A stretch of 64,000 nt of DNA from Actinomycetes bacterium (GCA_021802485.1 JAJZXF010000004.1:1162-65161); one strand, 5' to 3'; shown: positions 9,441 to 18,116, numbered from the stretch's first letter. The notes: generated from the sequence alone by a model not told the origin. Program-made: numbers and translations.

Positions 9441-10543
9441 GTGGTATTTATCGGCAGCGCAGCACCCGACTTGAACGATACCGTTCTGCCTTTGCTCCAG
9501 CGCGGCAGGGAGTAGACGAAAGCAAGCAGGCGTGCGACAGCGAGGTACATCTCCTTCGGGATCAGGTCCTCGACTTCGCAGGCTCCGTAGATCGCCCTGG
9601 CAAGGGGAGGATCCTCGACGATAGGGACGCTATGGGACATCGCCTCGGTCCGAATTCTCGCTGCAAGCTCCCCGCTTCCCTTCGCTACGACCACGGGAGC
9701 ACTGTTTACCTCCCGTGCGTACCTGATAGCTACTGCGACGTGTGTCGGGTTCGTGATCACGACGTTGGCCCTTGCGACCTCTGCCATCATCCGCAGCCGG
9801 CTGATTCGCCTCTGACGGCGCCTGAGGAGTCCCTTGACTGCTGGGTCTCCCTCACTCATGCGGGTCTCTTCCTTCACCTCCTGCTTGGTCATCATCATCT
9901 CTTTGTTCACCCGCCGGCGCTGGAACAGGTAGTCCATCACAGCGAAGGCGAGCCCTGCAGCTGCTGTGGTTCGCACCAGGCTCAAGATGGACTGCCCGCC
10001 AAAGGCAAGCACCGGGCCGATTGTAGTGGGCCTCGATCCAACGACTGCGTGTGCGAGTCCGAAGACAGTCCGGTAGCCGAGAAGCCCGACGGCAGCGACC
10101 TGGACCGTGGAGCGAACCAGGCTCCACAGGCCGGTTGGAGACACGATTCGTTTCAGTCCCTTTATGGGATTGAGCTTCGAAGCTGATGGCTTCGCTGCCT
10201 TCCAGGCAAGGACGAAGCCGACTTGTGCTGTGGTCGCGAACAGTGAGATCGCTAATGCGATACCACACAGTGGTGCAACGATTTCTCCAGCATCTGAGAG
10301 TCCAAGCGCCAGCAGTCGCATAGCGCCTTGGGTGCTCGGGTGTGCGATCACTTGAGATGACTGCTGTTCCAGCTCGACCAGGCGAGTACCTGCAGCGCGC
10401 ATTACCAGTGGTACCGCAAAGCTGGTCGCGAGCACGACCAACCATGCCGCTAGGTCAGCTGAACGTGCGATCTGGCCTTGCTGGCGCGCATCGTGGCGCC
10501 GCTTTGGTGTCGCCTTTTCGGTGCGTTGGCTTCGATCGGCCAC
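9431..10543 (-). CDS. flhB: Flagellar export switch protein FlhB
   Basis: 370 aa. N-terminus SQRTEKATPKRRHDARQQGQIARSADL, four TM segments, and the NPTH autocleavage site (VVITNPTHVAVAIRY). Confidence 0.95.
   Translation of the reverse strand: MADRSQRTEKATPKRRHDARQQGQIARSADLAAWLVVLATSFAVPLVMRAAGTRLVELEQQSSQVIAHPSTQGAMRLLALGLSDAGEIVAPLCGIALAISLFATTAQVGFVLAWKAAKPSASKLNPIKGLKRIVSPTGLWSLVRSTVQVAAVGLLGYRTVFGLAHAVVGSRPTTIGPVLAFGGQSILSLVRTTAAAGLAFAVMDYLFQRRRVNKEMMMTKQEVKEETRMSEGDPAVKGLLRRRQRRISRLRMMAEVARANVVITNPTHVAVAIRYAREVNSAPVVVAKGSGELAARIRTEAMSHSVPIVEDPPLARAIYGACEVEDLIPKEMYLAVARLLAFVYSLPRWSKGRTVSFKSGAALPINTTWA
9448..9474 (-). promoter_or_regulatory. Candidate sigma-28-type promoter for flgN-flgK-flgL-fliW, embedded in the 3' end of flhB
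   Basis: Minus strand reads TCAA (9474-9471), 15-nt spacer, GCCGATAA (9455-9448). The flgN ATG (9440) begins 7 nt after the -10 element, which predicts a leaderless mRNA. Confidence 0.45.
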
Positions 10544-10556
10544 GCTGTAAGCCTCC

Positions 10557-11312
10557 TCAGCCGCCGAGCATTCTGGAGGTCTGCCTCAGGGCATCCTCGA
10601 TGATGTGTGTGAAGAACGCAGGTATCGTCGCAATACTTATTGCGACAAGCACCAGCGCAATAAGGATCTGAAGCGGGAAGCCGAACATGAACACGTTGAG
10701 CTGTGGTGCAGCCTTGGCCGCAAGTCCGAGGACCACCTGGGTCGCGAAGAGGCAGATCAGGACCGGTGCCGCGATCTCCAGGGCTGCGAGGAAGAGGGTA
10801 GCGACGCCGCTGGTCAAGAGGTGGGCGATGTTGGCGAGCGAGGCGATGCTCGTACCGAGGACAGAAAAGGAGCGCAAGAAGCCGTCAACAAGGATCAGGT
10901 CCGCTCCGCTTACAAACAATAGGATCATTGCTACCAGGTTGTAGAGCTGGCCTATCAGCGGAGTCTGGTTCTCTGAGAGCGGATCGAGTGATGGTGGCAG
11001 GACGATGCCGCCGAGCATGTCGGTGAGGGATCCTGCGGCGCTGATCGCACTGAACAGGATCTGGACCATGAATCCGAGTGCTGCGCCGATCACGACCTGC
11101 ATGACGATCGAGCCGATGAACGAGCCGGTGCTTGATGGCAAAGGCCCCGCGGCCAGAGACTTGCTCACGACCAAAGCGAGGCCCCCCGCGAGGCCAACCT
11201 TCGTGATCATTGGGATCGACTGGTTGTTGAACGGGGGAACCATGAGAATCCACGCTGCTGCCCTCACGAGCGCGAGGAAGAACGCGATCAGCTCTGCGGA
11301 CGGGAGCGCCAT
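10557..11312 (-). CDS. fliR: Flagellar export apparatus protein FliR
   Basis: 251-aa polytopic membrane protein between fliQ and flhB, with a FliR-like pattern (LVRAAAWILMVPPFN...). Confidence 0.9.
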   Translation of the reverse strand: MALPSAELIAFFLALVRAAAWILMVPPFNNQSIPMITKVGLAGGLALVVSKSLAAGPLPSSTGSFIGSIVMQVVIGAALGFMVQILFSAISAAGSLTDMLGGIVLPPSLDPLSENQTPLIGQLYNLVAMILLFVSGADLILVDGFLRSFSVLGTSIASLANIAHLLTSGVATLFLAALEIAAPVLICLFATQVVLGLAAKAAPQLNVFMFGFPLQILIALVLVAISIATIPAFFTHIIEDALRQTSRMLGG

Positions 11313-11343
11313 CAGCGGAAGGGTCTTGTGTTATAGCGCACGG

Positions 11344-11616
11344 TCATCCTCTGAGGAGGTGGGGCAACTGGCTGAAGAGGCTGTGCACGAAGGAGATCAT
11401 CTCGGTCATCATCCAGTGGCCGCTGAACAGCAGGACCAAGACGATGACGATCAGCTTTGGCACGAACGTGAGCGTGAACTCTTGCAGCTGGGTCACCGAT
11501 TGGAACAGCGATATCGTAAGGCCGACCACCAAAGACGCGATAAGTATCGGTCCGCCGAGTTTGATCGCGAGGGTGAGCGCCTGGGCAGCGATGTGCATTA
11601 CCGTGCTTTCATGCAT
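11344..11616 (-). CDS. fliQ: Flagellar export apparatus protein FliQ
   Basis: 90 aa. ...ALTLAIKLGGPILIASLVVGLTISLFQSVTQLQEFTLTFVPKLIVIVLVLL... is the FliQ/SpaQ signature. Confidence 0.93.
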   Translation of the reverse strand: MHESTVMHIAAQALTLAIKLGGPILIASLVVGLTISLFQSVTQLQEFTLTFVPKLIVIVLVLLFSGHWMMTEMISFVHSLFSQLPHLLRG

Positions 11617-11626
11617 GAGGGCTCCT

Positions 11627-12481
11627 TCACCTGAAGCTTGCTAGGAGTGACTGCGACAGCAGCGCCCACCCATCGACCATCACGAACAGCAGGACCTTGA
11701 ACGGGAGCGATATCAGTGTTGGCGGCAGCATGACTATCCCCATGGACATGAGCGTCGCGCTCACTATGAGGTCAATGACCAGGAATGGGATGAAGATCAC
11801 GAAGCCGATGATGAACGCACTCTCCAACTCCGAGATAATGAAGGCCGGAATGAGCTCCCGAAGGCTTACGTTCTTTGGGGTCCTTGGGCTCTTCTTTGGC
11901 TTTGAGTGTGGGTGGCTCTCGGTTGTGAATAAAGCGAGGTCCCCGGTACGGGTCTGGGCCAGCATCCAGGACTTGAGTGGGACCTCTGCTGCCCGGTAAG
12001 CCTGGGTCGCGTTCTTCTTTCCGTGCAGGTAAGGCTGCAGGCCGACGTGGTTCATCTTCGAAAGCGTGGGTCCCATCACGAACAGGCTCAAGAAGATCGC
12101 AAGGCCGATGATGACCTGGTTCGGCGGTATGGTGTTGAGGCCGAGAGCATTGCGCGTGATTGCGAGGACCACGACGATCCGCGGGAACGCAGTGAGCATC
12201 ATCAACAGCGCGGGTGCTGCACCAAGGAGCGTGATCGCGATGATTATCACCACGCTCTCGGACGGCTTTGTGAGACTCTTGCCGAGGTGAACCGTCACCG
12301 ACGGCGCGTGTGATGCCGCAGCGAGGATCAGCGGCATCTTCGTGCCCCAGTTCTTGCAATGTCCTCGCGATGTGTCGCGAGCGTTCGTAGAGATCGAGAT
12401 CTCTGCATCTTCGGTATGGCCCCTTCCCTTGTCGCGATGGCCGGTGCCGCTGCCCAGGTGGGCTGCGATACCGGGTTCCAT
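11627..12481 (-). CDS. fliP: Flagellar export apparatus protein FliP
   Basis: Core ...LLMMLTAFPRIVVVLAITRNALGLNTIPPNQVIIGLAIFLSLFVMGP... is diagnostic. The ATG at 12481 abuts the fliO stop (TAAATG). The first 48 codons are hydrophilic, so an internal start at 12337 (MPLILAAAS) is possible. Confidence 0.93.
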   Translation of the reverse strand: MEPGIAAHLGSGTGHRDKGRGHTEDAEISISTNARDTSRGHCKNWGTKMPLILAAASHAPSVTVHLGKSLTKPSESVVIIIAITLLGAAPALLMMLTAFPRIVVVLAITRNALGLNTIPPNQVIIGLAIFLSLFVMGPTLSKMNHVGLQPYLHGKKNATQAYRAAEVPLKSWMLAQTRTGDLALFTTESHPHSKPKKSPRTPKNVSLRELIPAFIISELESAFIIGFVIFIPFLVIDLIVSATLMSMGIVMLPPTLISLPFKVLLFVMVDGWALLSQSLLASFR

Positions 12482-13084
12482 TTATGATCGCCGGAGCGTC
12501 AACTCTCTGAGCTGCTCCAGGGTGGCTGTCCATGCCGAACGCCGCAGGCCGAGTGCCGTTGGCAAGGGGGGTCGTCCCTGCCCCTCGATGTCGCTGCGGG
12601 CTAGTATCTGCTTCGCAGCGTTGGTGATGTCGTCTTCGTAAATCGCAGAGCCGGTCGCAGTTTGACGGCCAGCGCGTGATGTCCCAGCTCGCTGGCAAAT
12701 ATCGCGGAAGCTGCTACGTCTGATGTGGTTCGCTTGCGTGTCTACAAGCGGAATGCTGTCTGTTTCACCAGCTGTATCGTGGGCCCTCCGGCCAGTGGGT
12801 GCTCCGTCCGGGGATGCCTTGTACTTGTCTAGAAGCGATACCCCTGAGGAGGTGAGACCTAGCACGAGGGTTTGCTCGCCGACTGCGACCAGCACGAGGT
12901 GGCTGCCCTTTGCAAGAGTGTGGCGCGCTACGACCTTGACCGGGGGGATGTGGCGCGCTGATCCGGGGCCTCCCGCGCCAGAGCGCCTGCGCTGTACGAA
13001 CCTCGCGAGCAGCGCCATGATGGCGACGACAATGCCAATGCCGAGGAGCATCCTTGCAAAGAGGTAGATGACAGAGGGGTGCAT
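12482..13084 (-). CDS. fliO: FliO-like flagellar biosynthesis protein (single N-terminal TM, long C-terminal tail)
   Basis: 200 aa. TM segment YLFARMLLGIGIVVAIMALLA followed by VKVVARHTLAKGSHLVLVAVGEQTLVLGLT, which is the FliO pattern. Sits between fliN and fliP. Confidence 0.65.
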   Translation of the reverse strand: MHPSVIYLFARMLLGIGIVVAIMALLARFVQRRRSGAGGPGSARHIPPVKVVARHTLAKGSHLVLVAVGEQTLVLGLTSSGVSLLDKYKASPDGAPTGRRAHDTAGETDSIPLVDTQANHIRRSSFRDICQRAGTSRAGRQTATGSAIYEDDITNAAKQILARSDIEGQGRPPLPTALGLRRSAWTATLEQLRELTLRRS

Positions 13085-13105
13085 TGTGGGTCTTCTCGGG
13101 CTCCG

Positions 13106-13519
13106 TCAGGTTCCGTCGAGGCTGCCAGGCTCTAGGACCTGCGTGACTCTGAGTGCGAACTCGTCATCGATCACAACTACCTCGCCCTTCGCGATAAGCG
13201 CGTTGTTCGCCAGTAGATCTACGGGGCTCCCCGCAGGCCTGTCGAGCTCGATCAAGCTGCCAACCTGGAGTGCCAGGAGGTCCTTGACGGTGGCCTTCGT
13301 CCTTCCGATCTCGACGCTGACGTTCACCTCGACTCCATGCAGGACCGACAGCGGCCGGTGATTAACAGCACTGTGGTCCTGGGGCGCTGAACTCATCATT
13401 TCTTGGCCGTCGGCCTTCACTGCCGCCGCGTGGTTGTCGAGGGTCGTGCCGCTTGGCTCACTCGCCGTGCCGGCAAGGTGACCGGTGGGCTCTTCTGTCG
13501 AGGTCGCTGTGGTGTTCAT
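13106..13519 (-). CDS. fliN: Flagellar motor switch protein FliN
   Basis: 137 aa. C-terminal SpoA domain VEVNVSVEIGRTKATVKDLLALQVGSLIELDRPAGSPVDLLANNALIAKGEVVVIDDEFALRVTQVL. There is no CheC-like FliY extension. Confidence 0.9.
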   Translation of the reverse strand: MNTTATSTEEPTGHLAGTASEPSGTTLDNHAAAVKADGQEMMSSAPQDHSAVNHRPLSVLHGVEVNVSVEIGRTKATVKDLLALQVGSLIELDRPAGSPVDLLANNALIAKGEVVVIDDEFALRVTQVLEPGSLDGT

Positions 13520-13561
13520 ATCTCTCCTGTTCGCATGTGCGCTTAGTCCTGGTGCGTTCGC

Positions 13562-14632
13562 TCAGAGCATCAGATCTTCGTGTGGTGCCGCACCGATTGC
13601 AGTTGCCATAGCCGCTTGAGCGGGTGGTCTTGTGTCGCCTGGGATTCCGCCGCGGGCCTGGAGTCGCGAAAGGCCACCTGGGTTGCGTGCGGTGATATCG
13701 TCTATCACGGTCACCGCGAGCCGGCGCTGCGCGGTGGTCGGGATCACCCGAAGGAAGGGCATGTCCCCTACGATCAGTTCCATCGGCTGGGTGGTGTCGT
13801 GATGTAGTGGTATGACATCTCCCGCCTGGATGTCTGCGAGGTCGGCAGCACTGAGCATGAGCGGTGCGAACCGCACAGCGATTGGCATTGGCATAGAGAG
13901 GACGTTCGCGAGAACCTTCGCTTTTTCGGCCTCCTCCGGCCGGCTCCGCGCTTGGCTTTCAGCCATCGCGTCCACTACCGAACGCATCATCGAAACGGGG
14001 ATGCAGAGGCTGAACTGGTAGGAGCGCTCTTCTGCCAGCCTTGCGTCAAGATCTGCAACCAGCCAGGTGCCGGGGCTGTTGCCCAACCCGATCACCCCCG
14101 AGCCAGATGCCGTCCGCACAACCTCGACCTTGATCGAGATGATCGGCGAGAACGTGCTCTCGAGCTCGGAGAGCATGGACTCAAAGAGTGGGGTGAGTAC
14201 CTTGAGCTCGATCTCTGTCAAAGATCGTGGCTGGATATCTGAGGCTACAGCGCCGCCCATGCGCAACTCGAAGAGCACGACCGCGAACTCGAATGGAAGC
14301 AGCAAAATGGCCTGGCCTTCGAGGGGATGCATTTCGATCTGCACGACACACATGAACGGGGTGAGCGACTCTACGATGTCGCTCCATGGCTTCTGGGACA
14401 CCTCGTCTAGGTGGACCCGCACCGCGGAGCGCAGTCCGGCGAGGCTCGCTGTAAGGGTATTGCCGGACAGGCGGGCGAAAGCGTCCAGGACGATCCGCAG
14501 GGATCGCATGCTGTCACGATCGAGGCCCATGGAACGCCGGAAGTCGTACTTGATCGCAGCCGACGGGTCCCTCGCGGGCATGGCCGTGACTGGCGTGTGG
14601 GATCCAGTTGAGCGTTTTCGAGTACTCACCAA
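13562..14632 (-). CDS. fliM: Flagellar motor switch protein FliM (no N-terminal CheY-P docking peptide)
   Basis: 356 aa. ...IKYDFRRSMGLDRDSMRSLRIVLDAFARLSGNTLTASL... plus a C-terminal SpoA-like domain. The track start is TTG 14632. GTG 14629 or ATG 14581 are alternative starts. Confidence 0.9.
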   Translation of the reverse strand: MVSTRKRSTGSHTPVTAMPARDPSAAIKYDFRRSMGLDRDSMRSLRIVLDAFARLSGNTLTASLAGLRSAVRVHLDEVSQKPWSDIVESLTPFMCVVQIEMHPLEGQAILLLPFEFAVVLFELRMGGAVASDIQPRSLTEIELKVLTPLFESMLSELESTFSPIISIKVEVVRTASGSGVIGLGNSPGTWLVADLDARLAEERSYQFSLCIPVSMMRSVVDAMAESQARSRPEEAEKAKVLANVLSMPMPIAVRFAPLMLSAADLADIQAGDVIPLHHDTTQPMELIVGDMPFLRVIPTTAQRRLAVTVIDDITARNPGGLSRLQARGGIPGDTRPPAQAAMATAIGAAPHEDLML

Positions 14633-14638
14633 GGTTTG

Positions 14639-14665
14639 TTATCGGCATGTTTGTACCAACATTGA
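14639..14665 (-). promoter_or_regulatory. Candidate sigma-28-type promoter in the fliL-fliM gap
   Basis: Minus strand reads TCAA (14665-14662), 15-nt spacer, GCCGATAA (14646-14639). The fliM TTG/GTG codons start 6-9 nt downstream. Confidence 0.45.
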
Positions 14666-14753
14666 CCGAATATTCAGAAACACCGCGCAGCTGTATTGCG
14701 AACTTGGCCAAAGCTCGTCGCGTGGAACTGGTGAATGGTGGGCCCCGGAGGGC

Positions 14754-15260
14754 TCACTGCATGATAAATGTCGTGAAGTAAACCTCCGAGACTTGCTGGT
14801 AGCCATCCTGCGTGCCGATTATGGCCTGTATGCGCTTTAGCAGTTCTTGTCTTGCTGTCCTCTTGCCCTGAAGGCTTAGGAGCTCACTGTAGTAAAAGCC
14901 ACTGAACACCGATATCTCCGCGTTGTAGATGCGTGGCTCCAGTGGGGTGATGGTCTTCACATTTGCGACCGAAGTCAGCTGGCACGCGACAGTGACCTCC
15001 AGGATGTGCCCATCTGAGAGGTTGAGAGTTGACGATGCCAGCTGGAGGATCGGGCCGTTGTGGACTCCATGGGGAGCATGGACGAGCTTCGGGTAGAAGA
15101 AGGCCGCTGTCCCGCCGACAGCGACGACGACGACCACCAAGCTCAACAGAAGGCGCCTCTTCTTGCGCGGTGGGCTGTCGGGGATTTCCGCCTCTGGTTG
15201 CCCGTTGGCTGGGGACTTCTTGCCCTGGGCAGCGGTCTCGGGAGCCTTTTGCGCCGCCAC
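14754..15260 (-). CDS. fliL: Flagellar basal-body-associated protein FliL
   Basis: 168 aa with a single TM (LLLSLVVVVVAVGGTAAFF) and a C-terminal FliL-like domain (...LNLSDGHILEVTVACQL...VSEVYFTTFIMQ). Located between motB and fliM. Confidence 0.8.
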   Translation of the reverse strand: MAAQKAPETAAQGKKSPANGQPEAEIPDSPPRKKRRLLLSLVVVVVAVGGTAAFFYPKLVHAPHGVHNGPILQLASSTLNLSDGHILEVTVACQLTSVANVKTITPLEPRIYNAEISVFSGFYYSELLSLQGKRTARQELLKRIQAIIGTQDGYQQVSEVYFTTFIMQ

Positions 15261-15262
15261 CT

Positions 15263-16075
15263 TCAGATCCTCGTCTTTCCAGGGGCCAGGACGACCACGT
15301 CTACCCTGCGGTTCAACGCTTGATTCGCTGGGGTGGTGTTGGGGGCCAGTGGATGGTTGCTCGCGTAGCCGATAGCAGAGAACCTCCCGTAGGCGAGATG
15401 GTCTGTGCGTACCAGCCGCAGCAGCACGTTCACCGCCCTCATCGCAGACAGTTGCCAGTTCGAGGAGTAAGGCCCTCCGAGAATGGGTTGATCGTCCGTA
15501 TAGCCTTCGACCGCGACGTTGTTCGTGTAGTGCGCGAGCACGCTTGCAATCGTGTCCACCACCCTCGCTCCGGTGGACCCGAGGGTAGCTGAGTCAGTTG
15601 CGTAAAAGGCCTTGTCTGCAAGGACACGTATGACTAGACCGCGACGTTCAGTGGTGATGCTCGCATTCTGGGCCAGCCCCTGGCTGCTCAGTGCCGCGCT
15701 AATCTGTGCGCCGATCTGCGGCAGAGGGGCTGCGATTGGCTGTCCGGGCGCGGGCTGTGTTGCGGGGGTTGTGCCTTGAGACGCAGCTGGGGCAACGACC
15801 GTGCCGGGGTGGGTGACGAGGCTCGTTTGGTTGAGCAGTCCCGTCCCGCCCTTTGTGAGCGGGTGAGCGTGATGAGAGAACGCGGTCACGACCCCGCTCT
15901 TGAAGGCCTCGAACTTCTTGAGGTTGATTGTCGAGAGTGCGAACAAGACGATGAATAGCGCTAGTAGCAAGGTGATCATGTCGGAGTAGGTAAGGAGCCA
16001 GCGCTCCATCCCGCCCGAACTCTCACCTTCTGGCTCCTCCGTGCGATGCCGGTTGCGGTGTGCCTGAGAGCTCAT
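15263..16075 (-). CDS. motB: Flagellar stator protein MotB
   Basis: 270 aa. ERWLLTYSDMITLLLALFIVLFALS is the plug/TM region with the conserved Asp. OmpA-like C-terminus (VEGYTDDQPI...SNWQLSAMRAVNVLRLL...NRRVDVVVL). Confidence 0.9.
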   Translation of the reverse strand: MSSQAHRNRHRTEEPEGESSGGMERWLLTYSDMITLLLALFIVLFALSTINLKKFEAFKSGVVTAFSHHAHPLTKGGTGLLNQTSLVTHPGTVVAPAASQGTTPATQPAPGQPIAAPLPQIGAQISAALSSQGLAQNASITTERRGLVIRVLADKAFYATDSATLGSTGARVVDTIASVLAHYTNNVAVEGYTDDQPILGGPYSSNWQLSAMRAVNVLLRLVRTDHLAYGRFSAIGYASNHPLAPNTTPANQALNRRVDVVVLAPGKTRI

Positions 16076-16917
16076 GCTGCCCTCCGGTGGTTCAGGTCAT
16101 CGCGTTCTCTCGGCGACAGCCACGACATGAGGCGTGCCTCGACCATCCTTGCGGTGCTGCCGGACTGGATGGCAAGAAGGCCGTCCAGCATCAGTCGCTT
16201 CTGGGCTACCTCGATGCTGCTGACGCGCTTGAGCTTGTTGGAGATGGGGATCCAGAACAGGTTGGCTGAGAGCACTCCCCACAGTGTCGCGGTGAACGCG
16301 GAGGCAATAGCAGGGCCAAGGAGTCCCGGGGAGGAGAGGTTGGCGAGGACCCTGATGAGGCCGATCACGGTGCCGAGTATCCCGAGGGTGGGAGAGAAGC
16401 CGCCCATGTCTGCAAAGAACTTTCCGCCCTCGCTATGGCGCGCTCTGAGCGCATCGATCTCGCCTTCGAGTATGTCCCGGATCTCCTCAGGATCGGTGCC
16501 GTCGACGGTGAGCTCGATGCCTTTCTTGAAGAAAGGATCCGTGATCTCCGCAGAGGCTTTCTCCAGAGCGAGGAGGCCCTCGCGTCGCGCAACCTCTGCG
16601 AGGTGGACCATCACCGGGATGGTGTCCTCCACGACGGTGTCGTTGCCAGAGAGGGCCTTCTTCGCTACAGAGGGGACGTTCTTCGCGTCTTTCATTGTGG
16701 TGCTGGCCAGAGCGGCCAGCGTCGTCCCGCCGAAGACGAGGATGATCGGTGCAGGGAGCAGGAGCGTGAAGGGGTTTCCACCATCCATGATCATCGATAG
16801 CATGACGATGGCGAAGGCCCCGATGCATCCGATCACCGTCGCGCGATCACGCGTGGGAGACTTGCTGCGATTCGCGTCCGGCGCCTGCGCCGGGGTCACG
16901 CCCCTAGGCATCGTCAC
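16072..16917 (-). CDS. motA: Flagellar stator protein MotA
   Basis: 281-aa, 4-TM MotA/TolQ/ExbB family protein (...FSPTLGILGTVIGLIRVLANL...ASAFTATLWGVLSANLFWIPISNKL). Overlaps motB by ATGA-type coupling. Confidence 0.9.
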   Translation of the reverse strand: MTMPRGVTPAQAPDANRSKSPTRDRATVIGCIGAFAIVMLSMIMDGGNPFTLLLPAPIILVFGGTTLAALASTTMKDAKNVPSVAKKALSGNDTVVEDTIPVMVHLAEVARREGLLALEKASAEITDPFFKKGIELTVDGTDPEEIRDILEGEIDALRARHSEGGKFFADMGGFSPTLGILGTVIGLIRVLANLSSPGLLGPAIASAFTATLWGVLSANLFWIPISNKLKRVSSIEVAQKRLMLDGLLAIQSGSTARMVEARLMSWLSPRERDDLNHRRAA

Positions 16918-17227
16918 TGTTCTCAGTAGGCAGCGGCGTGGGCTGCGGAGTGGGTTGTGACACTGGCATTGAAGCGAGATTTACCAGGCGAAGCCGGGCT
17001 TCTTCGGTTGGCGGTGGCGCTTGGAGGCTTGCCAGGCGCCGTGCCTCGACCCGCACGGCTGCCTTGAAGGATACGAGGAGGTCCGAGATCTCCTCGATGC
17101 TCTCCTCCACGACGTACTTTGTTCCGTCGACTAGGGTGATCACGGTGTCAGGGGTGCTCTCCGCTCGCTCGACGCGGTCCGGGTTGAGCGCGATCCTTTC
17201 CCCGTTGAGTCGGGTGAGCACGATCAT
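16904..17227 (-). CDS. flbD: Flagellar protein FlbD
   Basis: The ATG at 17227 lies 7 nt after GGAGG and gives MIVLTRLNGERIALNPDRVERAESTPDTVITLVDGTKYVVEESIEEI, the FlbD signature. The track TTG start at 17239 overlaps the RBS. Confidence 0.85.
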   Translation of the reverse strand: MIVLTRLNGERIALNPDRVERAESTPDTVITLVDGTKYVVEESIEEISDLLVSFKAAVRVEARRLASLQAPPPTEEARLRLVNLASMPVSQPTPQPTPLPTENSDDA

Positions 17228-17296
17228 TATGGCCTCCAAGGTTCATGTCATTGCCGGACTCTTGTGCCCGGCCGGCTTTCCGTAGCCTTCAATCTC

Positions 17297-17324
17297 TGAT
17301 CGGCAGCCCTTGCTGTGGAGTTGA
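17297..17324 (-). promoter_or_regulatory. Candidate sigma-28-type promoter for flbD-motA-motB-fliL
   Basis: Minus strand reads TCAA (17324-17321), 16-nt spacer, GCCGATCA (17304-17297), about 70 nt upstream of the flbD ATG. Confidence 0.4.
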
Positions 17325-17989
17325 GCACTGTCTGCTCTAGCGCCGGGATCGTCAAAGGTGTGCTCGGGTGAGGCGGGCAAGAGCACGCTGGCAGCGGACC
17401 ATTTCTCCTACGTGCCAATATCGTGCATGCGGCTGGTATTACCAGCTATCGCGAGCCCCGGGGGCCTCCGGCACCGGACTTGCTGCTTGGGCCTTGGCAG
17501 GCATCCTTGCAGCTGGTCTGGAGTCGCAGCGAAAAACGACGAGAACGTCAGGCACTTGGCGTTCTCTAGTACTCTTCGGCAACCTCCAACCAGCTCGATT
17601 TCGAGTTCTCTAGGTGCGTTCTTGGGCTAACCGGGTGAGATGTGCAATCTCACGGTCGAGATCTACTCTCTGGCCTTGCGAGGTCACCCTGGCGTAGAGG
17701 CCCAACCCGGTTTGGGATGGGCAGGGTTGTCCTTATTGGACCCGTAAGGACGCTGGGGGACCTTCGTCAGTTGCAAGAAGCGGCAGTGTCGTTGTGGAAC
17801 CACCGGTATGCGCTGTGTCGCGGATGCCCTGCTCTGTGCCCACGGGGTTGGGTTCGCGCCAGCATGGATTCAGGCGAGAGCGTACGTAGGGCTATCAGTG
17901 GGCTTGAAGCTTTGTGCTCGCAGGTATCCCAAGCTGTTCTGCGATAGCGGGACACTCTGGGACGGGAAGTCGTGCGAGAGGATTTCGAC

Positions 17990-18080
17990 AGCCCTGCACG
18001 GAGCGAGGGATAGACCATGGCTGTTGGCTGACATACCTTGGAGGAGGCTGTATCCTACCTTCGCCAATCCGTGCAGGGCT
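17990..18080 (-). repeat. Perfect 12-bp inverted repeat (long hairpin) just downstream of the flgE stop
   Basis: AGCCCTGCACGG (17990-18001) and CCGTGCAGGGCT (18069-18080) are exact reverse complements with a 67-nt spacer. The distal arm begins 36 nt after the flgE stop codon. Confidence 0.7.
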
Positions 18081-18116
18081 GCGACTTGGTTGGGCTTGGT
18101 GCCCAGGTGGCGCTTA

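Noticed and set aside
17255-17400. RNase P RNA-like strings in the flgE-flbD gap: GGAAAGCCGGCCGGGC on the minus strand and GGCGGGCAAGAGCACGC on the plus strand.
   Set aside because: The two motifs are on opposite strands and in the wrong order. The other universally conserved RNase P blocks are absent, so this is coincidental similarity.
17895-18010. Possible LuxR/sigma-type HTH remnant (…PECPAIAEQLGIPASTKLQAH*) on the minus strand of the gap.
   Set aside because: Only about 16 residues resemble an HTH. There is no flanking domain similarity, and stops occur in all frames. This is too weak to call a pseudogene and is mentioned only as a hypothesis in the gap finding.
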